A stretch of DNA of 55,777 bases from Parcubacteria group bacterium (GTDB lineage: Bacteria; Patescibacteriota; Minisyncoccia; Phycocordibacterales; CALRBT01). This document shows positions 38,487 through 48,144 of the stretch, in pieces. Numbering within the stretch: position 1 is the first letter of the stretch; each line of letters opens with the position of its first letter. A program made the position numbers and the translations under genes. Location: NCBI GenBank assembly GCA_943354475.1, contig CALRBT010000005.1, positions 1 to 55,777 on the forward strand. The letters run 5' to 3'. Below the pieces are notes generated by a model, which saw only the letters and a program-made list of their open reading frames with translations, searched no databases and had not been told where the DNA came from.

Positions 38487-39461
38487 CTACCTTGCTCTTT
38501 TTGAAGAGAGGTATGAGAAGAAAATAAAAATAAGGCCAATCAAACCAGTAATAACTTCTGGAACATGGACAACGAGCCCAACAAACATTGAAGCGGCAAG
38601 ACCAAAAATTGCCCAGTGAGCGCCGTGCTCTAAATAAATCAATGTATCGAGCGTTTTTTTACGAACAAAATGAAGTGTCAGTGTTCGAACAAAAAGTGCA
38701 CCGATACCGAGCCCAACTGCAATAATCAGAATTGAGGATGTTAAAGCAAACGCGCCGACAACACCATCGAGCGAGAATGCTGAGTCAATCACATTGAGAT
38801 ACAGGAATAACGCCAAACCACCAGACGCAATGTTCTTTATACCGCGATTAAAGGAGTTGGCAACACCTTCAACAAGTACGAAGAGTACAATTCCAATAAT
38901 TCCTGCAATAAGAATTGATGACGCAATAGCTGGTAGTACGAAACTAAATATCAACAGAACGATGAGAGCGAGGGCTATTTCTAGTGCCTCAATTCTTCCC
39001 AATCTTGAGAGATATTTCTCAATAACCTCAATCCAATGAACATCCTTTGCTTCATTAAAAAAATATTTTAGTGAAACCATCAACAAAAAACTTCCTCCGA
39101 AAGCACTGATTGCTGGATGAACTGATTCAAGAAGATGTCCGTACTCTGCGGCGTTATAAATCGCCAAGTGTGCTATAAAAAACGGCGATGTCCACAGAGC
39201 AACACTCACAATCACAACAGGAAGAACGACTCTTGTCCCAAAAACTGCAATCAATATACCCCAAGTTAAAAATCGTTTTTGCCAAACCTTATCCATCTTA
39301 GCAAGAATTTTTGCGTTGATGACCGCATTATCAAACGAAAGTGTTACTTCCAAAACACAGAGAATCATTGTAAGGAACAGTGCGGCAACACCACTCCATA
39401 AATAAACAGCAGTGAGTGCGACTATAGAAATAATAAATGGTGGAATAAATGCTCTATTCAT
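38487..39461 (-). CDS. DUF475 / TerC-like integral membrane protein
   Basis: LEVTLSFDNAVINA, FSLDGVVGAFA, YLEHGAHWAI; start trimmed to ATG 39461. Confidence 0.9.
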   Translation of the reverse strand: MNRAFIPPFIISIVALTAVYLWSGVAALFLTMILCVLEVTLSFDNAVINAKILAKMDKVWQKRFLTWGILIAVFGTRVVLPVVIVSVALWTSPFFIAHLAIYNAAEYGHLLESVHPAISAFGGSFLLMVSLKYFFNEAKDVHWIEVIEKYLSRLGRIEALEIALALIVLLIFSFVLPAIASSILIAGIIGIVLFVLVEGVANSFNRGIKNIASGGLALFLYLNVIDSAFSLDGVVGAFALTSSILIIAVGLGIGALFVRTLTLHFVRKKTLDTLIYLEHGAHWAIFGLAASMFVGLVVHVPEVITGLIGLIFIFFSYLSSKRAR

Positions 39462-39530
39462 AATAATGACCTTACGGTGGCAAGCACCTCTTTTAATAGC
39501 ACACGATGAAACCAAACTAACGAAAAAAAC

Positions 39531-41183
39531 CTACATTGTCGAGTGATGTGACATTAAACGTTTTATATCCTCCCGAGTCCCTCCTACTTTTTTGCCAGGA
39601 TTTAAAACATTCAAAGGATCAAAGATATGCTTCACTTCCGTGAATAAATCGCAGACTTCTTTCCCATACATCATTTCAAGATATGGTGTACGGATAATAC
39701 CATCATTATGCTCACCTGTAATTGATCCGTGGTACTTGGCAATCAATATATACACCTTTTCAGAAAGTTCAAGGATAATGTTTCTTGATTTTTCTGAAGA
39801 GAGGTCCATGAGTGGGATAATATGAAAATTGCCATTTCCAATGTGTCCTGCAATTGTATAGATGATATCGTACTGACCAAGAAGCGCATTGAGTTCCGGT
39901 AAAAATTTTGGGTACACATCTGGATCAACAACAAAGTCATCTATGAATGCTGAGGCATAAAGCCCACGGGAACTTTTGCGTAGAAGGGAAAAACTTTCTC
40001 GCCTAACGATCCAATACTTATTCGCTTCCCTTTCGTTCTTAGCGATCCGAGTCTTAAGATTCATGTCCTTCAGTGATTCCTCCGCAAGCTTACAAACTCG
40101 CAAAGCTTCCCCACTTGTATCCTCCGCAAATTCTGCCATTAAGATTAGTTTTGGAACACCACCAGTCATGACCATTGAAACTTCTGGTAAAAACGAAAGC
40201 CCTAAAGAAACCGCTCCAGTGACACCTAGTTTACTAATCATTTGTGGTAAGAATCGAACGGCGAGTTTGAAGGTGTGGTCATCGTAAGACTCAAATGATT
40301 CTGGGTTAAATCTAAGAACCCTGCGCACTATCTCTGGCAGTGTATCAAGATTCTTGAGAAAAATAATGAGCATTGCTCGATGTTCTTTTGGTGTCACCAG
40401 AGAAATCTTGGCGGAAGTCATCAGCGCTAAAGTCCCCTGTGCTCCCGTTAATAACTTTGCAAGATTAAATGTCCCCTTTTCTTCATCAACAACACTCCAC
40501 AGTGCGTATCCTGCTGAGTTCTTAGAAACTTTTGGCTTAGCATTCGCGATAAGCTCCTTATTGTGAGAAATAAGCTCTGATATTTTACGATAAATATCCC
40601 CCTCAAGGGTTTGTTCAATTTTTTTCTTTTCTAACTCCTCATTGTTTAACTCTTTAAAGTTAGCGATGCTGCCGTCCGATAGAACTGCGTTTATTTCTTC
40701 AACATACTTTTCTGTCTTTCCGTAGCGAAGTGAACGCTCACCGCCTGAGTTGTTGTTCACTATTCCGCCCATCGCAGCAAGTCCACGAGAAGCTGGGTAG
40801 CTGGGCAACAGCAGGTTCCTTTTTAACGTCTCTTTTTCAAAATCACGGTAGTACATTCCTGGTTCGACCAAGGCGTCCTTATCTGTGAGTTCGAGGAGCT
40901 GATTCATATGCTTCGTAAAACCCATAGCAATAGATGAGGTGAGGGGGCCACCACTCATACAAGTGCCAGCTGATCGTGCTGTAACGGATACATTAGTCCC
41001 CTTTTCCCGCTCACCGTGAACATAAGAAAGGACTGCTGAAACGTCTGCCACATTTTTCGGAAAAATGACGAGTGTTGGCCTCTCTTCAAAAACCGAAGTG
41101 TCACGACTAAACTCTGTTAACGTTTTTGAATCAGTGACAATCTCTCCTTGTATTATTTTTTGTAGTTCTTCTTTTTGAGACAT
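39531..41183 (-). CDS. FAD-binding oxidoreductase (GlcD/D-lactate dehydrogenase-like)
   Basis: ARSAGTCMSGG, GGIVNNNSGG, GHIGNGNFH, ITGEHNDG, FDPLNVLNPGK; start trimmed to ATG 41183. Confidence 0.92.
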   Translation of the reverse strand: MSQKEELQKIIQGEIVTDSKTLTEFSRDTSVFEERPTLVIFPKNVADVSAVLSYVHGEREKGTNVSVTARSAGTCMSGGPLTSSIAMGFTKHMNQLLELTDKDALVEPGMYYRDFEKETLKRNLLLPSYPASRGLAAMGGIVNNNSGGERSLRYGKTEKYVEEINAVLSDGSIANFKELNNEELEKKKIEQTLEGDIYRKISELISHNKELIANAKPKVSKNSAGYALWSVVDEEKGTFNLAKLLTGAQGTLALMTSAKISLVTPKEHRAMLIIFLKNLDTLPEIVRRVLRFNPESFESYDDHTFKLAVRFLPQMISKLGVTGAVSLGLSFLPEVSMVMTGGVPKLILMAEFAEDTSGEALRVCKLAEESLKDMNLKTRIAKNEREANKYWIVRRESFSLLRKSSRGLYASAFIDDFVVDPDVYPKFLPELNALLGQYDIIYTIAGHIGNGNFHIIPLMDLSSEKSRNIILELSEKVYILIAKYHGSITGEHNDGIIRTPYLEMMYGKEVCDLFTEVKHIFDPLNVLNPGKKVGGTREDIKRLMSHHSTM

Positions 41184-41184
41184 T

Positions 41185-41892
41185 TTATTTCTTTTCCAAC
41201 AGTTTTCGGATATGGTGCATCGAGCTGTTACGGTGGACCAGCTCATCATTTCTGATTGAGAGGAAAAGTTCGTATTCATTTCTCACATGTCGTCCATAAA
41301 AGTCGAGATATTCACTCGAGACAGGTTTTTTCTTCAACTTATCTCCCTGTTGTTTAAGAAAAAGATCATACTCACGAAAAGCGTGGTCTTCAAAAAGATA
41401 GTTGAGTTCGAGTGCTCGACGTGGACTAAAGAAATAGAGTATAAAGACTGCCCAAAAATAAAAGAGTGAGAAAAGAACGGGAATAAGTGTGTGCATAAAA
41501 AAATTGGCGCCATGTTCCTTTTGGACAATGTGACTGATAACTACCACATGCATCGTCTCATTATCTTGCGCCATACGACTAAAGGCTGAAGTCTTTGCAA
41601 GTTCAATGGCTTTTTTTTCGTTACCATGGAAGGCTGACAGAAAGACGTAGCTTGCCACTTCCCACGACTGGTACGGAATACGAGCAATCACTTCTATCGC
41701 CTTGAATTTCTGATAGCTTGGCTTTTTTCCATAAAACAGGGTACCGAGGGAAACGAGAATATTTCCAAGTACTCGAGAAGTGAAAGAAACCTTACAATTA
41801 TCACACTCCTCTTTGTACGCACGAAAGGAGTCTTCGTCACAAAGTTTCTCTGCCAAGAGTTCATGCTCTGCCTTATCAAGTTCTGGAACCAT
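41185..41892 (-). CDS. Alternative oxidase / PTOX-family di-iron protein
   Basis: EVIARIPY, NETMH, FEDHA..Y, IRNDELVH supply the E, ExxH, E, ExxH ligand set. Confidence 0.85.
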   Translation of the reverse strand: MVPELDKAEHELLAEKLCDEDSFRAYKEECDNCKVSFTSRVLGNILVSLGTLFYGKKPSYQKFKAIEVIARIPYQSWEVASYVFLSAFHGNEKKAIELAKTSAFSRMAQDNETMHVVVISHIVQKEHGANFFMHTLIPVLFSLFYFWAVFILYFFSPRRALELNYLFEDHAFREYDLFLKQQGDKLKKKPVSSEYLDFYGRHVRNEYELFLSIRNDELVHRNSSMHHIRKLLEKK

Positions 41893-41956
41893 GCCTTTAT
41901 TTTACCCTATCGTGAGATTATTCAGAAGGGCTTAAATTAAATTCGTGCTGATATTT

Positions 41957-42400
41957 CTATCCAATATATCTAACCTCATCTGAAAGAATCGTTCCAGCTT
42001 TAAGATCAGTTTGAATCGGCTGAGGTAAAATATTTACCTCATCATCTTTATCTACCCATTTTATATCAAAGAGTTCGTGCTTATGTGTCCCTTCAAATTT
42101 TGAAATATCTAAATAATCTATTGGATTTGTGACCTCAAAAAAGAATTCAACTGTTTGGACCTCTTCTTTTTCTGTAACTGCCTTCATGTTGTGAACGTAC
42201 AGCAACCTTCCAATCTCTGGTTTAATACCAAGCTCTTCAATAATTTCCCGAACTAAACATTCTTTTATTCCTTCTCCCCACTCTAAATGTCCCCCAGGAA
42301 GTGCAAAGCCTGCTGAGGTCGGCCTATGCTGTACCACGAGCAACTTACCTTCGTGGTAAATAATCGCTCGACACCTGATGGTTAATTTTTTCTCTGACAT
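41957..42400 (-). CDS. NUDIX hydrolase
   Basis: Nudix box GGHLEWGEGIKECLVREIIEELG. Confidence 0.93.
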   Translation of the reverse strand: MSEKKLTIRCRAIIYHEGKLLVVQHRPTSAGFALPGGHLEWGEGIKECLVREIIEELGIKPEIGRLLYVHNMKAVTEKEEVQTVEFFFEVTNPIDYLDISKFEGTHKHELFDIKWVDKDDEVNILPQPIQTDLKAGTILSDEVRYIG

Positions 42401-42403
42401 ACT

Positions 42404-43321
42404 CTACACTGATGTTAAAAAATCTAAATATTTTTCTTCTTCCCCATGCATCACTCGCCAATGAATTTCTTTGATTCGCTTAGTGATTGGACCAATCTTA
42501 CCATCCCCTATCATACGCGCATCAACTTCTTTGATTGGTGCAATGAATGCGGATGTACCTGATGCAAAAATTTCATCAGCAACATAGAGCTCGGTGAGGT
42601 CAATCCCCCGTTCCTGTACCTGAATCCCCATATCGCGGGCAACCTCTAGCACCGTACGTCGGTTGATACCCTCAAGAAGGTCACTGGTAGTGTCGGGAGT
42701 TATCAACACATTGTCTCTGACCATAAAAATGTTGGCGGCGGAGAGTTCACAAACGTGTCCATGAACATCAAGGAAAATGCAGTCGTCATACCCACTATCA
42801 ATGGCGTCCTGTTTACCAAGTACCGAGTTGACGTAGGCGCCATTTACTTTGGCACGAGATGGAATCGAGAAATCAGGAACGCGACGCCAAACACTCGTTT
42901 TTAGTCGCGCACCATCTTGAGGAACGATTGGTTTTGCTTCGTAGATAAACATACTCACCGTGTTTGAGAGTCCACGGGAGCGTGTTCCAGCGACCAGATC
43001 TGGAACGTGGACGGTGGCACGGACGAACACATCTTCGATAGGAGTATTTGCAGAGACAAGTTCTTTGACTGCACCGACAAATTTCTCATAATTCCACTCC
43101 TTTTCAAAGGTATCCATCCCAATAATTCGAGCTGAATTAATTAACCTCCGGTAGTGTAGGAGTAAACGAAACGCCATGAGTCCATTCTTTGTCACTGATA
43201 CTTGAAACACAGTGTAAACACTAAGTCCATACAATACAGAAGAACTCGCAACACTGAGGTGTGCGTCGGCAATCGGAACAATCTTATCGCCAAAGTATGC
43301 TTTTTCATATATTCGAGCCAT
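42404..43321 (-). CDS. Class IV PLP aminotransferase (IlvE/PabC-like)
   Basis: AKVNGAY (PLP Lys), ELSAANIF, LLEGINR, ADEIFASGT. Confidence 0.92.
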   Translation of the reverse strand: MARIYEKAYFGDKIVPIADAHLSVASSSVLYGLSVYTVFQVSVTKNGLMAFRLLLHYRRLINSARIIGMDTFEKEWNYEKFVGAVKELVSANTPIEDVFVRATVHVPDLVAGTRSRGLSNTVSMFIYEAKPIVPQDGARLKTSVWRRVPDFSIPSRAKVNGAYVNSVLGKQDAIDSGYDDCIFLDVHGHVCELSAANIFMVRDNVLITPDTTSDLLEGINRRTVLEVARDMGIQVQERGIDLTELYVADEIFASGTSAFIAPIKEVDARMIGDGKIGPITKRIKEIHWRVMHGEEEKYLDFLTSV

Positions 43322-43449
43322 CACTTACAGTATACCGCCATTTTTATAAAATGTTGCTACGGCTTCTCTGATAAGTAGTACCAACTCCCTAACAAAATCT
43401 ATCAATATAAAACAAAAAAAACAGCTTTCGCTGATTTACTTAGGTTACT

Positions 43450-43562
43450 ATAAAAAAGAAGAAGGGCAACTGGATACGGGGAATCGTACCAGCTGCCTTT
43501 CCGATAGTCCGCGGGGCCAACGCGGGGAGAGCAGCAAGGGTCAGTTGCAGGTGACCCATACC
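43450..43562 (-). ncRNA. Putative structured small RNA or attenuator leader upstream of the aminotransferase
   Basis: Sigma70-like promoter (TTGACT-17-TAGCTT at 43598-43570), two GC hairpins, terminator ggcagctggtacg..cgtatccagttgcc followed by a U-rich tract. Confidence 0.45.
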
Positions 43563-43681
43563 TAAGATAAAGCTATCATGGGAGCAAAATAAAGTCAAGG
43601 GGTAGTCGGTGAGTGGCTGCAACCCCACTCACCGACCCCGGCAGACTGCTACCTCACAGCCCTACCGATGCAACATCAGGT

Positions 43682-43807
43682 CTACTTCCGGTCGAGACAT
43701 CGACCGGATGACGAGCACCAATTGTCGCATTTCTCGGCGTAGGCTGGTTTGGCAAGTGCGAGGCAAAGCCCCACAACTGCCATGAGGCACAGTACTGTGT
43801 GTCGCAT
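43682..43807 (-). CDS. 41-aa putative secreted Cys-containing peptide (below the ORF-track cutoff)
   Basis: MRHTVLCLMAVVGLCLALAKPAYA|EKCDNWCSSSGRCLDRK; GAAGGGA SD-like sequence upstream; hairpin 43599-43639 downstream. Confidence 0.5.
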   Translation of the reverse strand: MRHTVLCLMAVVGLCLALAKPAYAEKCDNWCSSSGRCLDRK

Positions 43808-43969
43808 GAAATTTCCCTTCACGCAGACCTTGGGAACTACTCCGCCCCCCACCTCTCTCCCGATAGGTGTACAAAGAACGGATTAGACCCAGAAGCACCC
43901 TACTACCTCTGAGTGGATAGGTCAAGACATGAGTGTCCAAGAACCCTCATTAAGATTAATTTACACAGC

Positions 43970-44524
43970 TCATCCATTAGAATTACTTCGTTGATAAATT
44001 TGAATATCGTACCCCTTTGTTTCTTCATCACTTCTCGACAGCCCCAATAATTCAAGTTTAGTAAAGAGTTCTTCCTTCACCTCTTCTGGACTAACATCAT
44101 CATCTACTAATCTTTCAAGTTCAACAAAGGTGCCAAGTTGCTCTACCTGGTCTAAACAAATCTCACATTCTCCAAGTTTACCCTTTCTTCGTATTTTTTT
44201 AACCTCAAGTACAGGCGACCACCCAAGAGTGGTGAGTATCAAATGGGTTGCTTTTGGATCCACAACTTCTGTTTCGTACTCTATGTTATCCATCTCTCCA
44301 GAGCGTTGTTTTTTAAGGTTGAGTTGGGCAGTGTTTTTCAAATAACGTATGCGTATAAATACATCACCTTCTTTGGAGTTAGCCAACCCTTTGGTACTAC
44401 CTCCCAAAGAATAGATAACATCTCGTTGACTTATTGGTTCAGAGAGAACACAACTCTTCTCCTTAAGACGAGTCTCGAGCTCTTCGAAATTATTCACCTT
44501 TAATTTTACTTCTATTTCGCGCAT
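43970..44524 (-). CDS. CYTH domain protein (class IV adenylate cyclase-like)
   Basis: EIEVK, IRIR, EYET, KKIR, LGTFVELE; start trimmed to ATG 44524. Confidence 0.92.
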   Translation of the reverse strand: MREIEVKLKVNNFEELETRLKEKSCVLSEPISQRDVIYSLGGSTKGLANSKEGDVFIRIRYLKNTAQLNLKKQRSGEMDNIEYETEVVDPKATHLILTTLGWSPVLEVKKIRRKGKLGECEICLDQVEQLGTFVELERLVDDDVSPEEVKEELFTKLELLGLSRSDEETKGYDIQIYQRSNSNG

Positions 44525-44531
44525 ATATCGT

Positions 44532-44666
44532 GGATAGCTAGAGAGAATCGGGGTCAAGTTTCTAAGTTCGCAAGCTCACTAAGAACTTCCTCCCCGGACT
44601 CGCCGACAAGCACTCACTTTGTTCGTCTTGTATACCGGCTCCGTCTTTCAATACTCTCTAGCTCAC
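44532..44666 (-). repeat. tRNA-end-bracketed module (family B1) associated with tRNA-His
   Basis: Ends resemble the tRNA-His 3' end (gctagagagaatcg) in direct and inverted orientation; core closely similar to 51226-51347. Confidence 0.8.
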
Positions 44667-44807
44667 GCCAAAAATATAATCGCTAAACGCTCCGCTTTTT
44701 TCTCATTATTTTTGGGTGCCGTAGTCGAGGACGTTAGAACTGTGTTTGAGCGATTGGATGATGCGAGCATCTACATTCCTGACCTACATCCAGTGGGGTT
44801 GGTGTAG

Positions 44808-45326
44808 TCATTGATGCACAACGGACTGCGGCTTGTTGGGTTTACTTAATTCTTCCGTTGCAATATCAATAAATACTTTGTGAATGGCGCGGAATTCAGT
44901 TGTCATCTCGTTGTATGACTGAGATATAACTTTCTTTTCTCCTGACAGCATCGTTACGGAAATCTTAGCAGAACTTTCATCTGGAAGTCCCTTGATAGCT
45001 ATGTTTTTTATGTCCTCAAATTTGTTTTCGCTGAGAGAACGCACCAATCTTTCAAAGTTCGCCTGATTTCCCTTTTCTTCATAGGAAATTGTTCCCTGAA
45101 ATATTTTTCTTACGGATGTATCGCCAGCAGAATTAACCGAAACCTCATAACCTCCGTATAGACCACTCACATCAGACATTTCAATTTGCGCAATATCCTG
45201 ACCCAAACTCCCTGTGGTTGGTGTAGATTTGATTTGCGTTGCCTGTTTTTGAGATATCCCAAAATAATATCCAAGCAAAAGTAACACAGCGACGACCCCG
45301 ACGATATAGATTACTTTGTTCTTCAT
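44808..45326 (-). CDS. Membrane-anchored hypothetical protein
   Basis: ATG 45326 (MKNKVIYIVGVVAVLLLLGYYF), N-terminal TM helix; lies between tRNA-His and its duplicated end. Confidence 0.65.
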   Translation of the reverse strand: MKNKVIYIVGVVAVLLLLGYYFGISQKQATQIKSTPTTGSLGQDIAQIEMSDVSGLYGGYEVSVNSAGDTSVRKIFQGTISYEEKGNQANFERLVRSLSENKFEDIKNIAIKGLPDESSAKISVTMLSGEKKVISQSYNEMTTEFRAIHKVFIDIATEELSKPNKPQSVVHQ

Positions 45327-45397
45327 CCCAAAAGTATACCAAGTTCGAACTGATTTTACAACCTTGTTGGTGCGTATTATCTCTTCAATTCCCGTTA

Positions 45398-45470
45398 GGG
45401 TGGCTAGAGAGAATCGAACTCTCGATACCAGTTCCACAAACTGGAGTTTTACCACTAAACTATAGCCACC
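45398..45470 (-). tRNA. tRNA-His(GTG)
   Basis: Cloverleaf ggtggctatag..ccagt-ttGTGga-actgg..gttcgattc..tagccacc, with encoded G-1. Confidence 0.96.
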
Positions 45471-45562
45471 ATATAAACCAGAGGTGTTAGGTTATAGGAA
45501 ATAGGTTTTGGTAAAACCTACATTGATCTAAAACCTAACATCTATCACCAAACCTGTTTCCG

Positions 45563-45688
45563 GTAGGTCGCCTGTAGTGGATACAATTCGAGGCGCGAGG
45601 AAGTCGATTTCTGCAGACGTACTTAAACGTACGACGAAAGAAATCGACAACGAAGCAACAAAGAAGTGTACCGCTACAGGCGACCTAC
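45563..45688 (-). repeat. Structured intergenic repeat family A, copy 2 (overlapping the PduO-type gene stop)
   Basis: Outer stem gtaggtcgcctgtagtgg/ccgctacaggcgacctac around the shared core. Confidence 0.88.
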
Positions 45689-46242
45689 TTATAGTCAGGT
45701 GACTGCTCTGTTATACCAGATTTATGGTTAGAAAGTCGAGCAAGTGCATATAGGATGCTCGAGAGTCGATTGAGGTAAGCCAAAGTAAAAGCTCCTACTT
45801 TTATATTCCCCTCCTCTGAAACTGCAACCACGCGACGCTCTGCTCGACGTGCCAAGGTGCGCGCGAAGTCAAAATATGATGAGAGTTCGCCTCCTCCCGA
45901 TATAAAGAATGAGTGAATCGGTGGCAACTCTTTTTCAATTTCTGCGATTACCTTTTCAACCTCACGAACCTTTTCTTCTTCTACTGTCATTGGTGTCCCC
46001 GCAAGCTCTGCTTGAATAATAAAAAGTGTTTTTTGGATATCGTGAACTAGGTCAGAAAACAAAACGCCCTCAGTACCGACCCTGAAACCAGCATCCTTTG
46101 ATTTAAGTTTTGCAAAACCTAAAAATGAATTAACTTCGTCCATGGAACCCAACGCCTCTGATATTACTGAGCTCTTCGAGATACGTTGATTACAACCAAA
46201 TAATCCAGTATCCCCCTTGTCCCCTTTTCCTGTGTAGAGCAT
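45685..46242 (-). CDS. ATP:cob(I)alamin adenosyltransferase (PduO-type)
   Basis: YTGKGDKGDTGL, ARTLARRAER, YLNRLSS; start trimmed to ATG 46242. Confidence 0.92.
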   Translation of the reverse strand: MLYTGKGDKGDTGLFGCNQRISKSSVISEALGSMDEVNSFLGFAKLKSKDAGFRVGTEGVLFSDLVHDIQKTLFIIQAELAGTPMTVEEEKVREVEKVIAEIEKELPPIHSFFISGGGELSSYFDFARTLARRAERRVVAVSEEGNIKVGAFTLAYLNRLSSILYALARLSNHKSGITEQSPDYK

Positions 46243-46253
46243 ATTTTTGTTAA

Positions 46254-46577
46254 TTATTTCCAAACTCGTTTTTTATTTTCTTCTTCCTTTTCTCTAAACG
46301 CCTTCTCCAAATCAATGTCATAGTGATTGCAAATGTCGAGGAGATATATAAAAACATCAGAAGCTTCTTTACCAACATCAAAACTATCTGAACCAATATC
46401 CACCTTCATCTTTGAAGCCTTCCTGCCAGCTTTTGCCAATTCCCCACACTCCTCCAAAAATAGCATGAATATTTCCGAAATCTGCCCTCCTTCAAACCCA
46501 CGCTCAACTATCATCTCTTTGATGTACTGCTGATAATCAGCAAGGGTTGGATTTTGTTTTAAGTGCAAGTTGCTCAC
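46254..46577 (-). CDS. MazG-like nucleotide pyrophosphohydrolase
   Basis: EECGELAKA..KEASDVFIYL..AFREKEEENKKRVW. Confidence 0.88.
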   Translation of the reverse strand: MSNLHLKQNPTLADYQQYIKEMIVERGFEGGQISEIFMLFLEECGELAKAGRKASKMKVDIGSDSFDVGKEASDVFIYLLDICNHYDIDLEKAFREKEEENKKRVWK

Positions 46578-46597
46578 CGTTTATTTGTTAAGTGTAC

Positions 46598-47428
46598 TTA
46601 TAAGTTGTGGGTTAAGTCACCGATTGGAGCAAGGCTCATTCGATCAAGTTTTGGAGCGAGTTGTTTCAAAAAACCTTTCAAATTTTCTATTTCCTGCTCG
46701 AGCTTTTTAGCTCCAGTAATCGATTTTTCACTAAAAATAAAAAGCTTTTGATTAACAAGTTCTAAATCGTGCTCCCAACTATTATTTAGCAGGTGTGAGA
46801 GAATATCTGGAGTAAAAATCTCAAATACCTCAATCTCATACTCTTTGGGTACATAAAGCTTAAACATTTTTTCAAATTCAGTAGGTAGTGAAATATTTGG
46901 TAGAAAAAACTGTTTGATGCCGGATAGGTTTTTGTTATGAATATTGTTCAAATATAAATGTGGGAAACTTCCCAAGAAAGTAGTCTCAAACACGGTATAA
47001 AAATGACTTCGAGAGTTTTTACCTGTACCGGTAATGTAGGAGTATTCAAAGATACGAAAATTGTGGTTATCGAGCTTTCCACTCATTCCATGTCCAACGG
47101 TACCAGCACTACCTTCTCGGAACATTAGGGCGGATTTTTCAATTGAAAAGTTGTGTGTGTATTGATAACCAAATTTTTGTGCAATTTCCCGCCAGAGTAG
47201 CTCCTTAAGTTTTGCGGCACGCTTGACGAAAAGGACGATTTGGAATACCCCCAGAAAACTAATCGTAAGGATTCCAACAAAAAGCAAAAGATATGGAGCA
47301 TCTCCTTTTCCATATACATACCAAAGGGATACCAGAGATATAATCACAATTTCAACCCCAGCAACACCGATCATAAGGAACCGGATCTGCTCTAGTGCTT
47401 TTTTACTTTTCTCTTCCATTGAGTTCAT
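46598..47428 (-). CDS. Two-TM membrane hypothetical protein
   Basis: 276-aa ORF with two N-terminal hydrophobic helices. Confidence 0.7.
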   Translation of the reverse strand: MNSMEEKSKKALEQIRFLMIGVAGVEIVIISLVSLWYVYGKGDAPYLLLFVGILTISFLGVFQIVLFVKRAAKLKELLWREIAQKFGYQYTHNFSIEKSALMFREGSAGTVGHGMSGKLDNHNFRIFEYSYITGTGKNSRSHFYTVFETTFLGSFPHLYLNNIHNKNLSGIKQFFLPNISLPTEFEKMFKLYVPKEYEIEVFEIFTPDILSHLLNNSWEHDLELVNQKLFIFSEKSITGAKKLEQEIENLKGFLKQLAPKLDRMSLAPIGDLTHNL

Positions 47429-47506
47429 TTTAAATTTATGGAAAGGTCTTTCATGCGAGCAGAGAATTTGCTCGCATTGGACATCCTCAATTCACTTCAT
47501 TCATTT

Positions 47507-47593
47507 TGGTGCCCGAGAGAGGACTTGAACCTCCACACCCGTAAGGGCACATCCACCTCAAGGATGCTTGTCTACCAATTTCAACACCCGGGC
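47507..47593 (-). tRNA. tRNA-Leu(GAG)
   Basis: gcccggg..catcc-ttGAGgt-ggatg, long variable arm, ggttcaagtcc, encoded CCA. Confidence 0.96.
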
Positions 47594-47657
47594 AATCACA
47601 CAGCGTTACTATACCAAACCTCATAAAAAACAAAAGAGGACTTTCGTCCCCTTTTGT

Positions 47658-48110
47658 TTACTCTTCTGTTTTTTCAACCACCTCCTCTGGAGCTTCTTCT
47701 GGCTCTACGGCCTCAACAACATTGTTTGCTTTGCGTGAGTGCTTCATATGCTTTTTAACCTCTTTGGCCGCTTTATCGCGGATGTAGTAGAGCTTTGAGC
47801 GACGAACTTGTGCGGTACGAACAATCTCAATCTTATCAATCATTGGGGAATAGAGTGGAAAGATCTTCTCAACACCGACACCGCTGGCAATCTTGCGAAC
47901 TGTAAAGGTTCCGCCTGCTTCACTGCCGTGTTTACAAGCAAGAACAAGTCCTTCAAAGGCCTGGAGGCGTACCTTTTCCTTCTTTTCCTTATCTTTCATA
48001 TCTCGCTCAACAATCCGCTGGGTAACACGCACGGTGTCCCCCGCTTTAATGCCAAGTTTCTTGCGACTTTCCATATTAACTGGAGATGTTTTGATGGTAG
48101 TTGTATTCAT
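47658..48110 (-). CDS. rplS: 50S ribosomal protein L19
   Basis: [40 protein letters not shown]; start trimmed to ATG 48110. Confidence 0.98.
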   Translation of the reverse strand: MNTTTIKTSPVNMESRKKLGIKAGDTVRVTQRIVERDMKDKEKKEKVRLQAFEGLVLACKHGSEAGGTFTVRKIASGVGVEKIFPLYSPMIDKIEIVRTAQVRRSKLYYIRDKAAKEVKKHMKHSRKANNVVEAVEPEEAPEEVVEKTEE

Positions 48111-48144
48111 ATCTTGTAGACGATAATCTAACACACCGTGCCTA

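Noticed and set aside
43440-43960. RNase P RNA, tmRNA or SRP RNA in the GC-rich gap
   Set aside because: No GAGGAAAGUCC motif, no tRNA-like ends with a tag ORF, and no SRP helix-8 consensus seen on either strand
45600-45650. Hammerhead ribozyme in repeat family A (ctgcaga-stem-cgaaa)
   Set aside because: The core reads CUGCAGA or CUGUAGA rather than CUGANGA, and GAAA is not conserved in the other two copies
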